IMG/VR virus record: IMGVR_UViG_3300021255_004000
Coordinates: 128,001 to 192,000 of that record
Source: a virus
Taxonomy: Duplodnaviria; Caudoviricetes
DNA: 64,000 nt
Reading direction: 5' to 3' (one strand)
The position numbers were made by a program, and so were the translations under genes. Positions 36,590 to 48,408 of this stretch are shown piece by piece (position 1 is the stretch's first letter; the number at the start of each line of letters is the position of its first letter). The notes under the pieces are model-generated. The model searched no databases, was not told the origin of the DNA, and saw only the letters and a program-made list of their open reading frames with translations.

Positions 36590-37336
36590 ATGGTTGATTT
36601 TGATATAAAGCATTATTTGATTGATGAAGTCGAAGTTGAAAAGGACCCTCATCGCTTTGATAATTTTTATGGCGACATCGAAAGCAAACCAGAGACAGAG
36701 CAACAATTATTTGCTCTTCAAAAGGAATATCTTGAAAACGGCCGCTCACAGGAAGTGTGGGCGAAAATGTTTGAAATATGTTGGTCGTATATGCAGTCTT
36801 TGATTAAGAAAAGACAGACAGGTGGTAAGTTTATCGAAAAAGAAGAACTTGACGATAAGACTACTGCTGCAACACTTGCATTTATGTCGCAATATTTGAC
36901 AAAGCCTGAGTTTGAAGTTGGCGCTTCATTTGCTGGTATGATGGGATGGAAAATCGTTGAGGTTATGTACAAACCATCTGCTGACGATAAAGCTGTTTCA
37001 ATGTCATTGGAAATTGATGATGACGGAAAGAACACACTTGAGGATTTGATTGCTGCTGAAGAAGTTGGCGGCTGGACATCTCCTGAAGATGATGTATGTC
37101 GAGAAGACCCAATTGATATTATCAATGAAGTACTTGAAGAACTTGATGAAGTTATCGACGATTTCTATTTAAGAACTATTGTAAGAGGCTATTTAACTCT
37201 TTGTCTTAAACATCCAAAGAATCGACATTCAAAAAGAATGTTCTTAAATCGTTGGGCAACAGATCAGAAATCTGAGAAGTTGATTGAATACACAATGTTG
37301 ACAATTCACAACAGATTAAGAGAGGCAAGCAACTAA
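36590..37336 (+). CDS. Phage sigma-70-family factor (probable late sigma)
   Basis: Region-2/3-like: ELDDKTTAATLAFM...GASFAGMMGWKI...VSMSLEIDDDGKNTLEDLI. Confidence 0.6.
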   Translation: MVDFDIKHYLIDEVEVEKDPHRFDNFYGDIESKPETEQQLFALQKEYLENGRSQEVWAKMFEICWSYMQSLIKKRQTGGKFIEKEELDDKTTAATLAFMSQYLTKPEFEVGASFAGMMGWKIVEVMYKPSADDKAVSMSLEIDDDGKNTLEDLIAAEEVGGWTSPEDDVCREDPIDIINEVLEELDEVIDDFYLRTIVRGYLTLCLKHPKNRHSKRMFLNRWATDQKSEKLIEYTMLTIHNRLREASN

Positions 37337-37342
37337 TCATAC

Positions 37343-37368
37343 AAGGCAGCTAACAAGCTGCCTTTTTT
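37343..37368 (+). terminator. Intrinsic terminator
   Basis: AAGGCAGCT-AACA-AGCTGCCTTTTTT. Confidence 0.8.
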
Positions 37369-37379
37369 ACTAATTGAAT

Positions 37380-38555
37380 ATGATTAGCAATGTCGATTAT
37401 TTGTTAAGCCTCGTTGGCAAGAACAATGCAGAGATACGAGATACTTGGGTTCTTACAGGTACAACTATCGTATCAAAGCAAACAAGAAGATATATAAAAG
37501 ACTCAATCTTTCAAGTTTCTTGCACTCCTGGCACTCCACTCAATGGAGCAATCCTTTACTGTAAGGCAGATTATTCCGTAGGCGATTTATGGCCTTTAAT
37601 TGACTGGGACTCTTATAGCGTACAAGATATTTCAGGACTCATTGGTTCATATCAAGGAGTTGAAACACCTTTCTTTCAAGTACTTTTGACAAAAGAACAA
37701 CTTGATGAAGTTGAAGATATTCCTGTGAATGAAAATCTTGAGCTGTACAGTGGTTCTCAGGAATGTGGCGGTGTAATCATTGATGATGAACAACTTGGCA
37801 TTATTCTTGGTGAATTAGGTGTGCCATTCCTTCGCATTGATGAACTTGAACTTACAGGAAATGCTATTCGTCAATATTGCATTAAGCCAGCAATGGACTA
37901 TTACTTTGGATATTTCCCAATCATAAAAGAAGAATCAGTTGGCAATATAAGTGCAGGCGGTTCATTCAAAAAAGAATTCCCAGAAGGAGCTTTTGCTTGT
38001 GTTCCTTATTATGTATTAGGCGCTGCAGGAAGTAACGCAGGTTACGGGGCAGGTGCCTTCTCATTGTACCGTGAACAAATGATTTACGGTGGAGCATCAG
38101 GAAGCAGTTTTGGCTCAGGCGTTTCATATCGAAAGTCTGTCCCAGGCTTCGTAGGACTTCACAACAGAGATGCTGCTTTACAAGCACTTGCAGCAAATCA
38201 AGGATATTTGAATTACTTCCGTCGCGAGCACGTGAAAACAATAAAAGAAAACGGCAAAAAGTACGCCACAGGATACTCAACAACTGGCGGAGCCGTATGT
38301 ATAAAATGGTTGTGTGCGTCATATGACTTTGACGACATCAAGTTTTCAATGAGAACAGATTTCCGCAATATTTGTAAAGCTTATGTTTTAAGAAACATTG
38401 GTATGTTGCGTTCAATGGTTAAAAGTGATCTCCCAGGTAACATTGACTATTCAATGTACACATCTCGTGCAGACAGTCTTGAACAGAAAGTTGCAGAGAA
38501 GTGGGAGAAGTGTGCAACTTCAATGGCATTAGCAGTAATGCGTGGTGGTTTATAA
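37380..38555 (+). CDS. Neck / head-tail adaptor protein (T4 gp13-like)
   Basis: ELGVPFLRIDELE...CIKPAMDYY; next to terminase; ACTAATT 11 nt before ATG 37380. Confidence 0.5.
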   Translation: MISNVDYLLSLVGKNNAEIRDTWVLTGTTIVSKQTRRYIKDSIFQVSCTPGTPLNGAILYCKADYSVGDLWPLIDWDSYSVQDISGLIGSYQGVETPFFQVLLTKEQLDEVEDIPVNENLELYSGSQECGGVIIDDEQLGIILGELGVPFLRIDELELTGNAIRQYCIKPAMDYYFGYFPIIKEESVGNISAGGSFKKEFPEGAFACVPYYVLGAAGSNAGYGAGAFSLYREQMIYGGASGSSFGSGVSYRKSVPGFVGLHNRDAALQALAANQGYLNYFRREHVKTIKENGKKYATGYSTTGGAVCIKWLCASYDFDDIKFSMRTDFRNICKAYVLRNIGMLRSMVKSDLPGNIDYSMYTSRADSLEQKVAEKWEKCATSMALAVMRGGL

Positions 38556-38577
38556 TCGACATTGGAGGAGTTAACAA

Positions 38578-40992
38578 ATGAATATTATTCTTCCAGGTGA
38601 ATCGGGCGTAAGCAAATACGATGAAGATCCGAATGCACCACTTTATACTGAAGACAAAGATGTTGTAATGACCAAAGATGAAAAGAAGCATTGGATGGCA
38701 GGCGATGATGTTCCTGTTATTCAAGCAACCAATCCTTGGTCGATGCAAGTTGATGACACAAATGTGGATAAAGATTTTTATAAGCAAAATCTTGAAATGC
38801 CACAGCAACCCGCAGATCAGATACTTACTTTAGGTAAAGCAGACTTCAATCAAAACATAAATAATGTTGCAAGTATCTTACGAGATATTTTGGCAGGTGA
38901 TCCTAAAGCAATGGAAAGGCCCGAGTTCCAAGCGCTCAATTTCCCTGCAATTAAAGCTTATCTTGAATGGGCAATTAAAACAAATACTTTAGCTGATGCA
39001 GCTAAAGGTGACTTGATGAACAATGCTTGGCGTCTTAATTTCAAATGTAGACCGCCAACACCCGAAGAGTTCTTACAAGAAAAGTTTATCGGTGCGCAGG
39101 CTGAAGCTTTGCACAAACCTCTTATTGACATTTTCTGTGAGTTCTTCGACCCACTTAAACCTTATCGAACTTTGGTTCTTACGCAGTGTATCGGTTGGGG
39201 TAAGTCAACACTTTCTACACTTGCACAGCTTTATATCTCAGTTCACTATGCAATGATGTGGCACCCATATCGTTTCTTTGGTATGGCTATGTCTTCAATC
39301 TTTACTCAATGCTTGGGCGGTTGGAACCAAAAGAAAGCGTCAGAATTGTTACTTGAGCCTTTTACTCAGATTCTTGAAGGCGCTCCTTATTTCCAACGCG
39401 TTCGTACACACCAAGATTTGGTTGACGCTTCAGCTGAAGATATAAGTGACTGCATTCACTGGACAACATCAACACCAACATCTGCGCTTGCAATGCAAAA
39501 CGGTGTCAACTATAAGATTATCAATGGTGCAGGTTCTATCTTGGGACAGAACATCATTTCAGCAGTAATTTCTGAGTTGACAATGTTTTCAGAAAATGGT
39601 TGGTCAGACGACAAAATCTTTACATTCTTTACAAAACTTCGTAAAAGAATTGATAACCGTATGAAAGGCAACTACTATGGACGGTTCATCATTGACTCTC
39701 AGCCAAACTCACTTGAAAGTCCTATTGACGAATGGATTTGGGACGAAGGCACAAAAAAGAATAAAAAGAATTATATCGTTACAGGCTCAAGATGGAAGTA
39801 CTTTCCAAAAGAGTTCCCAACAGCGTGGGAGACACCTCGAACAGATTGGAAGCAGCCTGTCAATCTTAAGAAAGACTTTGTTCACGCATTCCCAGTGTTT
39901 AAGGGTGGTGATGGACAGCCGCCTAAAGTTGTTGAGACTGAAAATGAATTATCAACTTACAATCCACAGGATATTGAATGGGCTCCAATGAATCAGATTA
40001 CTTCAAACGGTGTCGTTTCATTCAAAGACAACGCTGAAGAATCTCCAATCAACTTCTTACGAGACCAAGCAGGTATTCCTTCAGGCGCGGCTGACCGTTT
40101 GATTTACAATAAAGAATGGATAGATCATACATTTGATAACAATCTTAAAAACATTTATTCAACGATCATTGCAAAGACTGAAGATGAGCCTGAACATTTG
40201 ATTTGGAATCAAGTTAAAGATAAGTTCTTCAACAAGATTCTTGGTAAATATTATTTCTATTATGAACCGTCTTTGCCTCGTGCTGCATCAATCGACTTGG
40301 CTATTTCAGGCGATACTGCAGGCATTGCAATAAGTCACGTTGAAAGAGATAAAGTGCGACTTGATACACAAGGACAACCTTTGAAAGTTTATGTTACTGA
40401 TATGGTTGTTCCTGTTATTCCTAAAGGTGGTATGATTAACTTGGATGCTTTCAAGTTCTTTATCCTTGACTTAATTCGACTTGGCAATATGAACATTCGT
40501 CACGTGTCGTTCGACTCATTCCAGTCAAGAGCTATGATGCAGTCATTGGAGCGTGCAGGCATTGAAGTTGATTATGTTTCAGTCGATAAGAATAATGCAC
40601 CTTACTTGTCACTTGTTGACTATGTAATTCATAAAAGATATTACTGTGGCAAATCTGTTATGGTAAAGAACAACTTGCTTGCTTTACAAATGGTTAAGCG
40701 AAAGACGACAGGAACAACAAAGATAGATCATATGAACGGTGAAAATGTTTATAGTGATGAGTTCTGTCTTCCAGGTTCAGAATATACAGAGCAAAGTTGG
40801 CAGTGGAGCAAGGTTGGAAGTAATGCAAAAGATATTACTGACTGCATTGCAGGTAACTTGCATTTGCTTGATACTTATGAAAATGAGTATATCCCATTCC
40901 ACATTTGGGATCCATTAAAAGAAAAAGAAAGAACCTATGAGGGTGAAAAGAAAAAGCAACAACTTTTAATTAAAAATATGGGATTCCATTAA
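38578..40992 (+). CDS. terL: Terminase large subunit
   Basis: Walker A CIGWGKS, Walker B-like AVISE, RNase H-like IDLA..GD, SFDSFQS, KDITD. Confidence 0.85.
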   Translation: MNIILPGESGVSKYDEDPNAPLYTEDKDVVMTKDEKKHWMAGDDVPVIQATNPWSMQVDDTNVDKDFYKQNLEMPQQPADQILTLGKADFNQNINNVASILRDILAGDPKAMERPEFQALNFPAIKAYLEWAIKTNTLADAAKGDLMNNAWRLNFKCRPPTPEEFLQEKFIGAQAEALHKPLIDIFCEFFDPLKPYRTLVLTQCIGWGKSTLSTLAQLYISVHYAMMWHPYRFFGMAMSSIFTQCLGGWNQKKASELLLEPFTQILEGAPYFQRVRTHQDLVDASAEDISDCIHWTTSTPTSALAMQNGVNYKIINGAGSILGQNIISAVISELTMFSENGWSDDKIFTFFTKLRKRIDNRMKGNYYGRFIIDSQPNSLESPIDEWIWDEGTKKNKKNYIVTGSRWKYFPKEFPTAWETPRTDWKQPVNLKKDFVHAFPVFKGGDGQPPKVVETENELSTYNPQDIEWAPMNQITSNGVVSFKDNAEESPINFLRDQAGIPSGAADRLIYNKEWIDHTFDNNLKNIYSTIIAKTEDEPEHLIWNQVKDKFFNKILGKYYFYYEPSLPRAASIDLAISGDTAGIAISHVERDKVRLDTQGQPLKVYVTDMVVPVIPKGGMINLDAFKFFILDLIRLGNMNIRHVSFDSFQSRAMMQSLERAGIEVDYVSVDKNNAPYLSLVDYVIHKRYYCGKSVMVKNNLLALQMVKRKTTGTTKIDHMNGENVYSDEFCLPGSEYTEQSWQWSKVGSNAKDITDCIAGNLHLLDTYENEYIPFHIWDPLKEKERTYEGEKKKQQLLIKNMGFH

Positions 40993-40999
40993 AATAATA

Positions 41000-41020
41000 A
41001 AGGCGGCCTTGAGCCGCCTT
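41000..41020. terminator. Bidirectional intrinsic terminator
   Basis: AAGGCGGC-CTTGA-GCCGCCTT between convergent genes. Confidence 0.8.
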
Positions 41021-41024
41021 GTTT

Positions 41025-41582
41025 TTATTTGAAGCGTTTATGCATCCATTCATTAAAAGCAACGTCCTCTTCAAGTGTTTCACCACCTAAAGGTGTTCGA
41101 CCGCTGCCGTCTTTGCTTTTTGGATTTTTGAAGCCTTCATCAATTTCTTTGTTTAATGTCGACTTTTCTTTTGCAACTGGGAAGTCTTTTGCTGTCTTTT
41201 CACAGTAATATGTCAATTCACTGATGTCAACATAATCACTGTCGTCAGTGCCGATTGCATCAGTTGTGATAGGATATTTGCCAACAAGATAAGCGGCCTG
41301 CTTTCCATTTGGAAATAAGCCGATTTCAAATGATGTTGTTCTTGCTTTTTTAATTCTTACAACCAATGTTTTATCGAAGTTCATAAACGGATAAACTTCA
41401 ATATAGAAAGCATCAGGAGACTGAAGTACATCAAACTCAACATTTGAAATCTTTTCATAAAGCGCTTTCATAAATGCTGCTTTGTTTTCATTTGTTGTAA
41501 AATGTTCTTCAAGATTTTTCTTTTTGTCTTCTTCCTGCATTGCCTTTACAGATTCAGATAATTTACTCAATTTTTCCTCCAA
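41025..41582 (-). CDS. Hypothetical protein, possibly head-packaged (start uncertain)
   Basis: LSES/LEEH/LEED motifs like protease sites. Confidence 0.55.
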   Translation of the reverse strand: MEEKLSKLSESVKAMQEEDKKKNLEEHFTTNENKAAFMKALYEKISNVEFDVLQSPDAFYIEVYPFMNFDKTLVVRIKKARTTSFEIGLFPNGKQAAYLVGKYPITTDAIGTDDSDYVDISELTYYCEKTAKDFPVAKEKSTLNKEIDEGFKNPKSKDGSGRTPLGGETLEEDVAFNEWMHKRFK

Positions 41583-41928
41583 GTTTTTGATAAGCTTTCA
41601 AATACTCATTAAGTGCACTTGCCAATCTTTTCATAGCGCGAACATTTGAAATATGAGGCAAAGCCATCTGTACTTCCTTACAAAGTTTAAGGGCGTACTT
41701 ACTTAACTTAAGCTCATCAACTTCTTTCTTTTTTGTTTCCATTAAGCGTATGCTTCAGGAATTGGCAAGTCAAAGCAAACAGCTTTGCCATTATGGTCAA
41801 GAGCGTCTCCGCTTTCAATCAATTTATCAAGCTGTTCATTCGAGATACCAAACTGTTCGCGCACATTACTTCTGTGTGAAATTGAAGCAGGATGATGTGG
41901 TGTAATTACAAGTATTCTTTCAAAGTCT

Positions 41929-42273
41929 TCACTCATTTTTGTCCTCCACAATAAGGTTACCCTCATCGTCATATAACATTATTTGTTTAACCCGCACAAA
42001 AGCTGTGGGTTCTATTTTTGAAAGGAACTCGAAAATGCATTCGGGTACCCAACAAGTGTTCCATTCTTTACTTTTCAACTGTCTTATAACAGCCAAAGTT
42101 TTGTTAACTTTTCTTGGGTCAAGTTTATCATAGTCAACTCGAACAGTTTCTCCATTTGGAGAAAGTTCTTTTGACACAAGAATATCAATTATTCCTAAAG
42201 AAACAAGACGATAGTCTCTTAAGTCAATACTTGTCTGTCCAAAGTTTTTATTTATGTGAATTATTTTTTCCAT
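41929..42273 (-). CDS. PxxFxG-module family member (divergent)
   Basis: TCWVPECIFEFLSKIEPTAFVRVKQIML; start reassigned to MEKII. Confidence 0.55.
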   Translation of the reverse strand: MEKIIHINKNFGQTSIDLRDYRLVSLGIIDILVSKELSPNGETVRVDYDKLDPRKVNKTLAVIRQLKSKEWNTCWVPECIFEFLSKIEPTAFVRVKQIMLYDDEGNLIVEDKNE

Positions 42274-42688
42274 CAACCATTTGAAGATTTGGACAACCTG
42301 CAAAGCAATTTGGATTTCTGTCAAGTAAAACAGCAGCAACATCTTCTGTCACAATAATTGTTTCATATTGAAAAACCTCAAGTCGCTTTATGATTGACTC
42401 TGTTTCGTCTTCATAGCCTCCGTCATCAAATATTCCACAAGGACCGTCAGGATCATTTTCATTTTCAGGTACAATGTAATAACTCGAAAGATCCATAATC
42501 TTTTTCTTCGGTCTTACAATTTCATCAGCCATTTGGATAGTGCCTCCATTATATTTAGCAATAGCATCAATAACTGCACACTTTAGCATATCTAAAGACA
42601 TACCGCTTAAGGCCATTGATTGTAATGAGGCATATACATTAGGTGGCAATTTTGTTGCAAGATCTTTTAATTCATCCCAGTCGTTCAT
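42248..42688 (-). CDS. PxxFxG-module family member
   Basis: TIIVTEDVAAVLLDRNPNCFAGCPNLQMV. Confidence 0.65.
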   Translation of the reverse strand: MNDWDELKDLATKLPPNVYASLQSMALSGMSLDMLKCAVIDAIAKYNGGTIQMADEIVRPKKKIMDLSSYYIVPENENDPDGPCGIFDDGGYEDETESIIKRLEVFQYETIIVTEDVAAVLLDRNPNCFAGCPNLQMVDGKNNSHK

Positions 42689-42707
42689 TGCCTACCTCAA
42701 TTTGATA

Positions 42708-45700
42708 TTAACTGTTAGGCACGCCTGTATGTAAATAAAGTAACAATGTCCGTGCCAAAACACCTGCTACTCTTTCTGACATTGAAAACTCATCGTCAGT
42801 CTTTCCGCGTTTTTGTCTAGGGAAAGAAGCAACCTGATAAAGTTGAACATAAACACAGTTATCAAGTTTGCTGAATGAAAGTATTTCACAGTGTGAAATG
42901 CATTCAACATACAAATGAGGCAAACTTTTTACATCTGCCTTAACTGCTTCAAGCAACCACTGAGTAATCTTTTCAATCGAATCTCTTGAAAGAATGATCT
43001 GATTGAAGAATTCTTTGTTCTTTACTTTATCCTTGACGATTGCAACACTATAAGTTTGGTAAGGCACATCACAATAAAATTGCAATGAATAGCCATCACT
43101 TGAAACTCTTGCTGCCAAGTCAAGCGGCTCAACTTTCTCTTTCATATTTTAACCCATTTTTGTATCTTCATTCCACCCACAGATTTCAGCATTGATATAT
43201 CGACCATTTTCAAGCAATAAGTCTGAACGAATAGTCATATCACCAATAACAATATCAAGCAGGTCACAATCTTTACGAGGCCTTACCCCAGTAATCTGGT
43301 ATGTACCATCACCCCAAACAACAAGATTGCCCACTGCTGGGCGATGTAACTTGTCGTAGGGTTTATATTTTGGTAAGCCCACAAAACGATCCGCGCCTTC
43401 AGGTTTTTGAGTTTGTTCATCATTGTCTTCAGCATTTTTTGCCTCCGTTAGTTTAGTTATATGCTCTTTGTAAGCAAAAAGAAGTTTACTTTTGTTTACT
43501 CCTGAGTAAAATCTTATTGTTTCTTCATCTTCATCAAACTCAATATAAATGCCATCATAACCTTGAAAGATAGTTTCACCTGTTCTGATATTGTCAAAAT
43601 TGACAAAACCTTGGTATTTATCTGTGTCTGATGCTTGAAGATTTGGGTACCCGATAACTGTTGCAAACTCAGCAAAAACATCTTCATTGTGCTCGAAGTC
43701 ATCGAAAGTAAAAATCATATTAAGCATTATTCACCCTCTTTATAAAAGAGAACAAAGCCTGTACTGTTTGCAACAATCTGAACAACAGTAACGCCTTCAC
43801 CGTTCACAAAATCACAAAGCTCTTCTCTTGTACGAAAGTAACTACTTTTCAGTTGCAGCATTCATTCCTCCAAGGTCATATCCATATTTTTCAGCGAGTT
43901 GTTCAATTTCTTTGAAGGTTTTTCCATTCAAAGGGTTGTTCTTTTTACCTCGCCAAAAGTTGATTGTTTTCATAAGCAATGCTTCATTCATATTTACACC
44001 TCTTCTTCACGGACAACGAAAACATCTTTTGTTATTCCATCGCCTCTTGTGTACTCGCGGACTTCGATAATGTCTTTTTCAAAATCACCATCATAAAAGT
44101 AAACTGATGGGCGTTCGCGTGTAAGAGACCAATGAAATATAATATCCCAAATGTCTCTTGCAGACAAATACTCATAAGTATGATGATGATCTTTATCATC
44201 ACGATAGTATCTTGCGTAATCAACAGTGATTGGCTTTTCAAGCTTGTAAACTTTTTCATCATAGTTGGCAAATGCGATTCTTTTGAAATCTTCAAAAGTC
44301 ATTTTCTTTGCATATTCATAAGATGCTTTTTCAAGTTCGAGCCAGTCATAACCTGATGAGCGTTCCAAATCTTGAATGTCTTTCTTAATCAAGTTGAAGT
44401 AATCTTCAAGAGAAATGAAATCAGAAAGTTCATACTCATAAAAAGTTTCTTCAAACTCTTTAACTTCAAAAGGACGCTTAAGCAGGATTTCGTGGTTGAC
44501 AAAACGCTGCCACATTGTAAGAGGAATGATAAATCTAACTTTACTTTTAAGTGAACTCATTTTGCAACCTCCAAAATTATATTAACTTAGTCCCACCAAA
44601 AATCAGCTCTTTCATTCCAAAGATCAGCAATTTTATCAAGGAGAGAACGACGATATGCTTTGAACTCTTTCCAAAGTTTTTCATATTCTTCAATTCTTTT
44701 CTTGTCGTCATCTTTGTATTTTTTCCAAATGTCGTCAGAGCGAGACTTCCAAGGTTCACTGTAAGTATAGTCAAGGTCATTGAGTTGTTTCAAAAGCTTG
44801 CGGTATTCATACAAGTCGTGAAGCTTTCTTCTCTGTCCACGAACAACATTGCGAAGGCGAGGAGAGAGATTATGCAACTCTGTTGTTTCAAAATGAATTG
44901 AATTGGCATACATAATTGCATTGCGGTCAAAGTTGGTAACATCGGGTTCATCTTTGCAGTTGTTTACCCAAGCAGACATCTCTTCCCAAGTATCAAAACT
45001 TGCAATTTGAGTGTGTTCATAAACTTCTTTGTCACAAGGAATATGTCCTTTGAGGTTGCCATCATCATCAATGTCAAATCTGTAAAAGCGTTTACTTTTT
45101 GGGATTTTGTCAGCAGGGATAACATCGACAACTTTCTTATCGAAAATCATCCAAGGTTTGCTGCTTTCTTTGTCGTATGTGTAATAGTACTTACCGCCGT
45201 ACCACTGCAATTCACTTGTTTCCTTTGCACGATCTTGAACATACTTCAACGCATAGAACATATCAGGTGCTTCACAGTTATCAAGGAAGTCAGGAGAGTC
45301 AACATAGCACATTGCTTCGCAACCATATTTGCGAAGATTGTGATACATATGTTCAACTTTCATAATCTGCCACTGAAGCAAAGTGTTATGACCGTTCCAA
45401 GTATCATTCAAAAATGAAACATTTCTGTCATAATCACCAAGTCTTTTGCGGAAGCGATACCAGTATTCTGTTTCAAAAAATTGACTTACAACCCGCTTAA
45501 CTTCTTTGAAAGGGTTATTTCTCATCAGCTGCCTCCATATATTCTACTATTGATTTAGCAAGTAATTTGCATTCTTCATCAGTAAGTAATTTACTTACAT
45601 CAGGCTTTTCTTTTACACTTGGAAGTCCACAAAGTTTGTTGATGTCAACGAGTATCTTACAGTAACGCTTGCCATCAATTTCAACGCCTGTGTTGCAACA

Positions 45701-48341
45701 GTCTTCTCTGCTTTCGTGACAAGGACAGTTGTTGTTTTCACAAGGCTGCAAAATTGTAACATAGCCAGTGTCATTAAGGTTTTCACCATCACAAGTTGCC
45801 TTTTTATCTGATGCAACTTTTGCAACAAGATCCCAGAACATTGCGTCCTCAACAAGTTTTGTTACTTCTTCAATAGAAATGTAGCCTGTCTTAGGATGCT
45901 TAAAATGATACCACTTTACACCATAGTATGCGATGGTACCCACAACAAAAATAATAAAAGCAAGATAAACAATTAACATCAAGTTCATAATTTCAATTCC
46001 TCCAAAGATTCTTTATACATTTTATCATAATCCCAAGTTGCTTCTTGTATTCGGAAGAGAGCAGCATTGTGGTTTACATCATCAGTATTAGAAGATGCCC
46101 AACAAAGCCAGTTCTCTTTGTCAAGAGTATATTGTTCACCCCAGTATTCAGCTGCATAAGCAAGCAAGTTTCTTCGATAAAAGTTGCCTGTGCTTGTGTG
46201 AATATCGTGAAAGAATGTTTCAATAATCTCAGTATTTATATGATTAAACTTCCAATCTTTTCGATATGCAAATGGCGTAAAAACTTTAAGAAGAAAATCT
46301 TTGTGCTGTTCACAACGCTTCCAAATAATGTACCTGTCTGTTTCAAGAGTTGGATAATCAAAGTCCTTGAAAGTTAATTGCTCCTTCTTTCTTTTTGCTC
46401 TTTTCCATCTATGAACATATTCACTAATAAAGAGTCCGATTGTATCAATTTCTCGATGACGAGGTTGTGAAATCTTTGCAATGTTGATGTACATACGATC
46501 TTGTGAACAAGACATACTTGCAACAATATTCCCATAATAAGGAATTAAGTCTCGAGGACTGCTTACTTTCAATGGAACATCATCGATTGTAATGTTTGCG
46601 TAAGAAACTCTATCTGGAGAATAATGCATCAAACAAGTATCGCCAAAATCACTTTTGTCTGAAAATTGACTCATATATCCTCCAAATAAAATATTAACTT
46701 ACCACTTTTCTTCTGCAGTTTTTTGTAAGTACAAAATCTTGTCAAGAATGTCGTGAAAGTATCGAACTGCATCAATGAAGCTGTTATAGTCAATATGATA
46801 CTCATTCATTGCATCGAACAAACGAGGTCCTATTGTGCGAATGTCATATCCTTCACGAGTCTTTTCAAAAAATGCAAGTGTATAGCAAGTTTCTCTGCCG
46901 TCATCTCCACGCTGGTAACAAACTATTTCAGGCTGACGACCTTTGTCAGCATCATTAGAAGTAATCTTACCGTGGAGTCCTATGTCACCTTTTCGCCAAT
47001 TCAAATCGAACGAAAAGTCAAATTCTTTACCAATCATCTTTACCTCCTATCAAGGCTTCTTTATCAACCTGACTTGCCATGATTTCAAGCAGATTCACTG
47101 TAGGCTTTTTGTCTTCAAAACCTTTGACATCGTGAAGTCCTGCATTATTCTTTTTGCAGTTTTCAATCAATTCATCAATTTCCTTCTGACCGAGTTCCAT
47201 CTTCAATTACCTCCCAAGTATCTGCTTCGGAAAGAGCCGCAAGGCTCATTCCTTCAAGCCATATTTGCCAACCCCAAGGGGACTGTGTTACTCTTAAAAC
47301 TTTTCCGATGTGTCCTTCGTATCGACGATCTTTCTCATCAGCTTCGCCCATACTTAGTACTTTTATTGTTTTACCTACGAGAGATTCAAAATCATTCATT
47401 TTCTTTCTCCCTTAAGAAATAATTTGATACGAGTTGGGATAACAACAAGTGAGTCACAATCATCGCAACATCTACCTGTGTTCTTTACAGGCGCAGGATT
47501 GTTTCCAAACCCATAAAAAGTTTGTCCGCAGATAACGCATTTGAATGTAGGCTTATCCATTTTCAACTCCTTACAATACCAAAGTCAAAGACTCTTCATC
47601 GTACTCGATCTCTGAATAAAGAGCGTACTGTTTAAGAAGCTCTTTCATCTTGTCAATCAATTTGATGTCTTTTCTCATATCAGCAATCTCTTGCTTAAGC
47701 TTACAGATTTCATCTTCCTTTTTGTCGAGTTCATCTGTAAGATGCGTCATTTCTTTTTCAAACTGTCTTTCAAACCCAGCGCGAAGTCTTTCTTTTGCAA
47801 CCTCATAGTTCATCTCCATCTCGCGCTCAGAGAACCTCTTTTCGTTTGCTTCGTCGTCAAAGTTGTCATCATTGTAATAGTAATCTTTGAGAGCATTCAT
47901 TCTCTGATGATGTATCTCATCAAGTCTTTTATACTCCCAAGGACTTACATACTCATCAGGATTCAATTAAGCCACCTCCTCAGTAAGCCACTGCTGAAGG
48001 TCATCAAGATTTTCAATAAGACTTCCAATCTGTTTCCAGCCTTCTCGATTGCTCAAGCAAACTGGGTCAACACTTGATACACAGCACCCGCTTTTGTCAA
48101 TCGAAAACTCTACAACAAACTGTCCTTTGTCAAGTTTTGCTTCAACATAAAAGTAGATTCTATCACGAGGCGTTCCATCAACAGTAAACAAGGCAATGCG
48201 AACATCCCACAGTCCTTTTGCCTTCAAATCAACAAATTCATTGAAGCGCTGTGCAATATCACGCCAAGTTGCAACATTTTTGCCAAGTACAATCTTGTCA
48301 TCTGCTGCTCCTGCCAAAACTGATGCTGGACCTCTAACCAT
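42708..48341 (-). CDS. Cluster of co-oriented hypothetical genes (42708-43145, 43149-43727, 43994-44560, 44587-45525, 45515-45988, 45985-46674, 46699-47037, 47175-47399, 47571-47966, 47967-48341 plus several <60-aa ORFs)
   Basis: Tightly packed, mostly SD-preceded minus-strand ORFs; no recognisable family. Confidence 0.6.
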
Positions 48342-48371
48342 AGAATCCTCCTTTTGTTCGGTTACAATAAT

Positions 48372-48400
48372 AATATAAAAGAGGATTTAGAAAAGTTCAA
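48372..48400 (-). promoter_or_regulatory. Class I promoter
   Basis: TTGAAC-17-TATATT. Confidence 0.85.
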
Positions 48401-48408
48401 AAATATTT

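Noticed and set aside
38578-40992. Intein or intron in the long terminase
   Set aside because: No C/S...HN splice motifs or LAGLIDADG blocks seen; extra length is an N-terminal extension plus insertions
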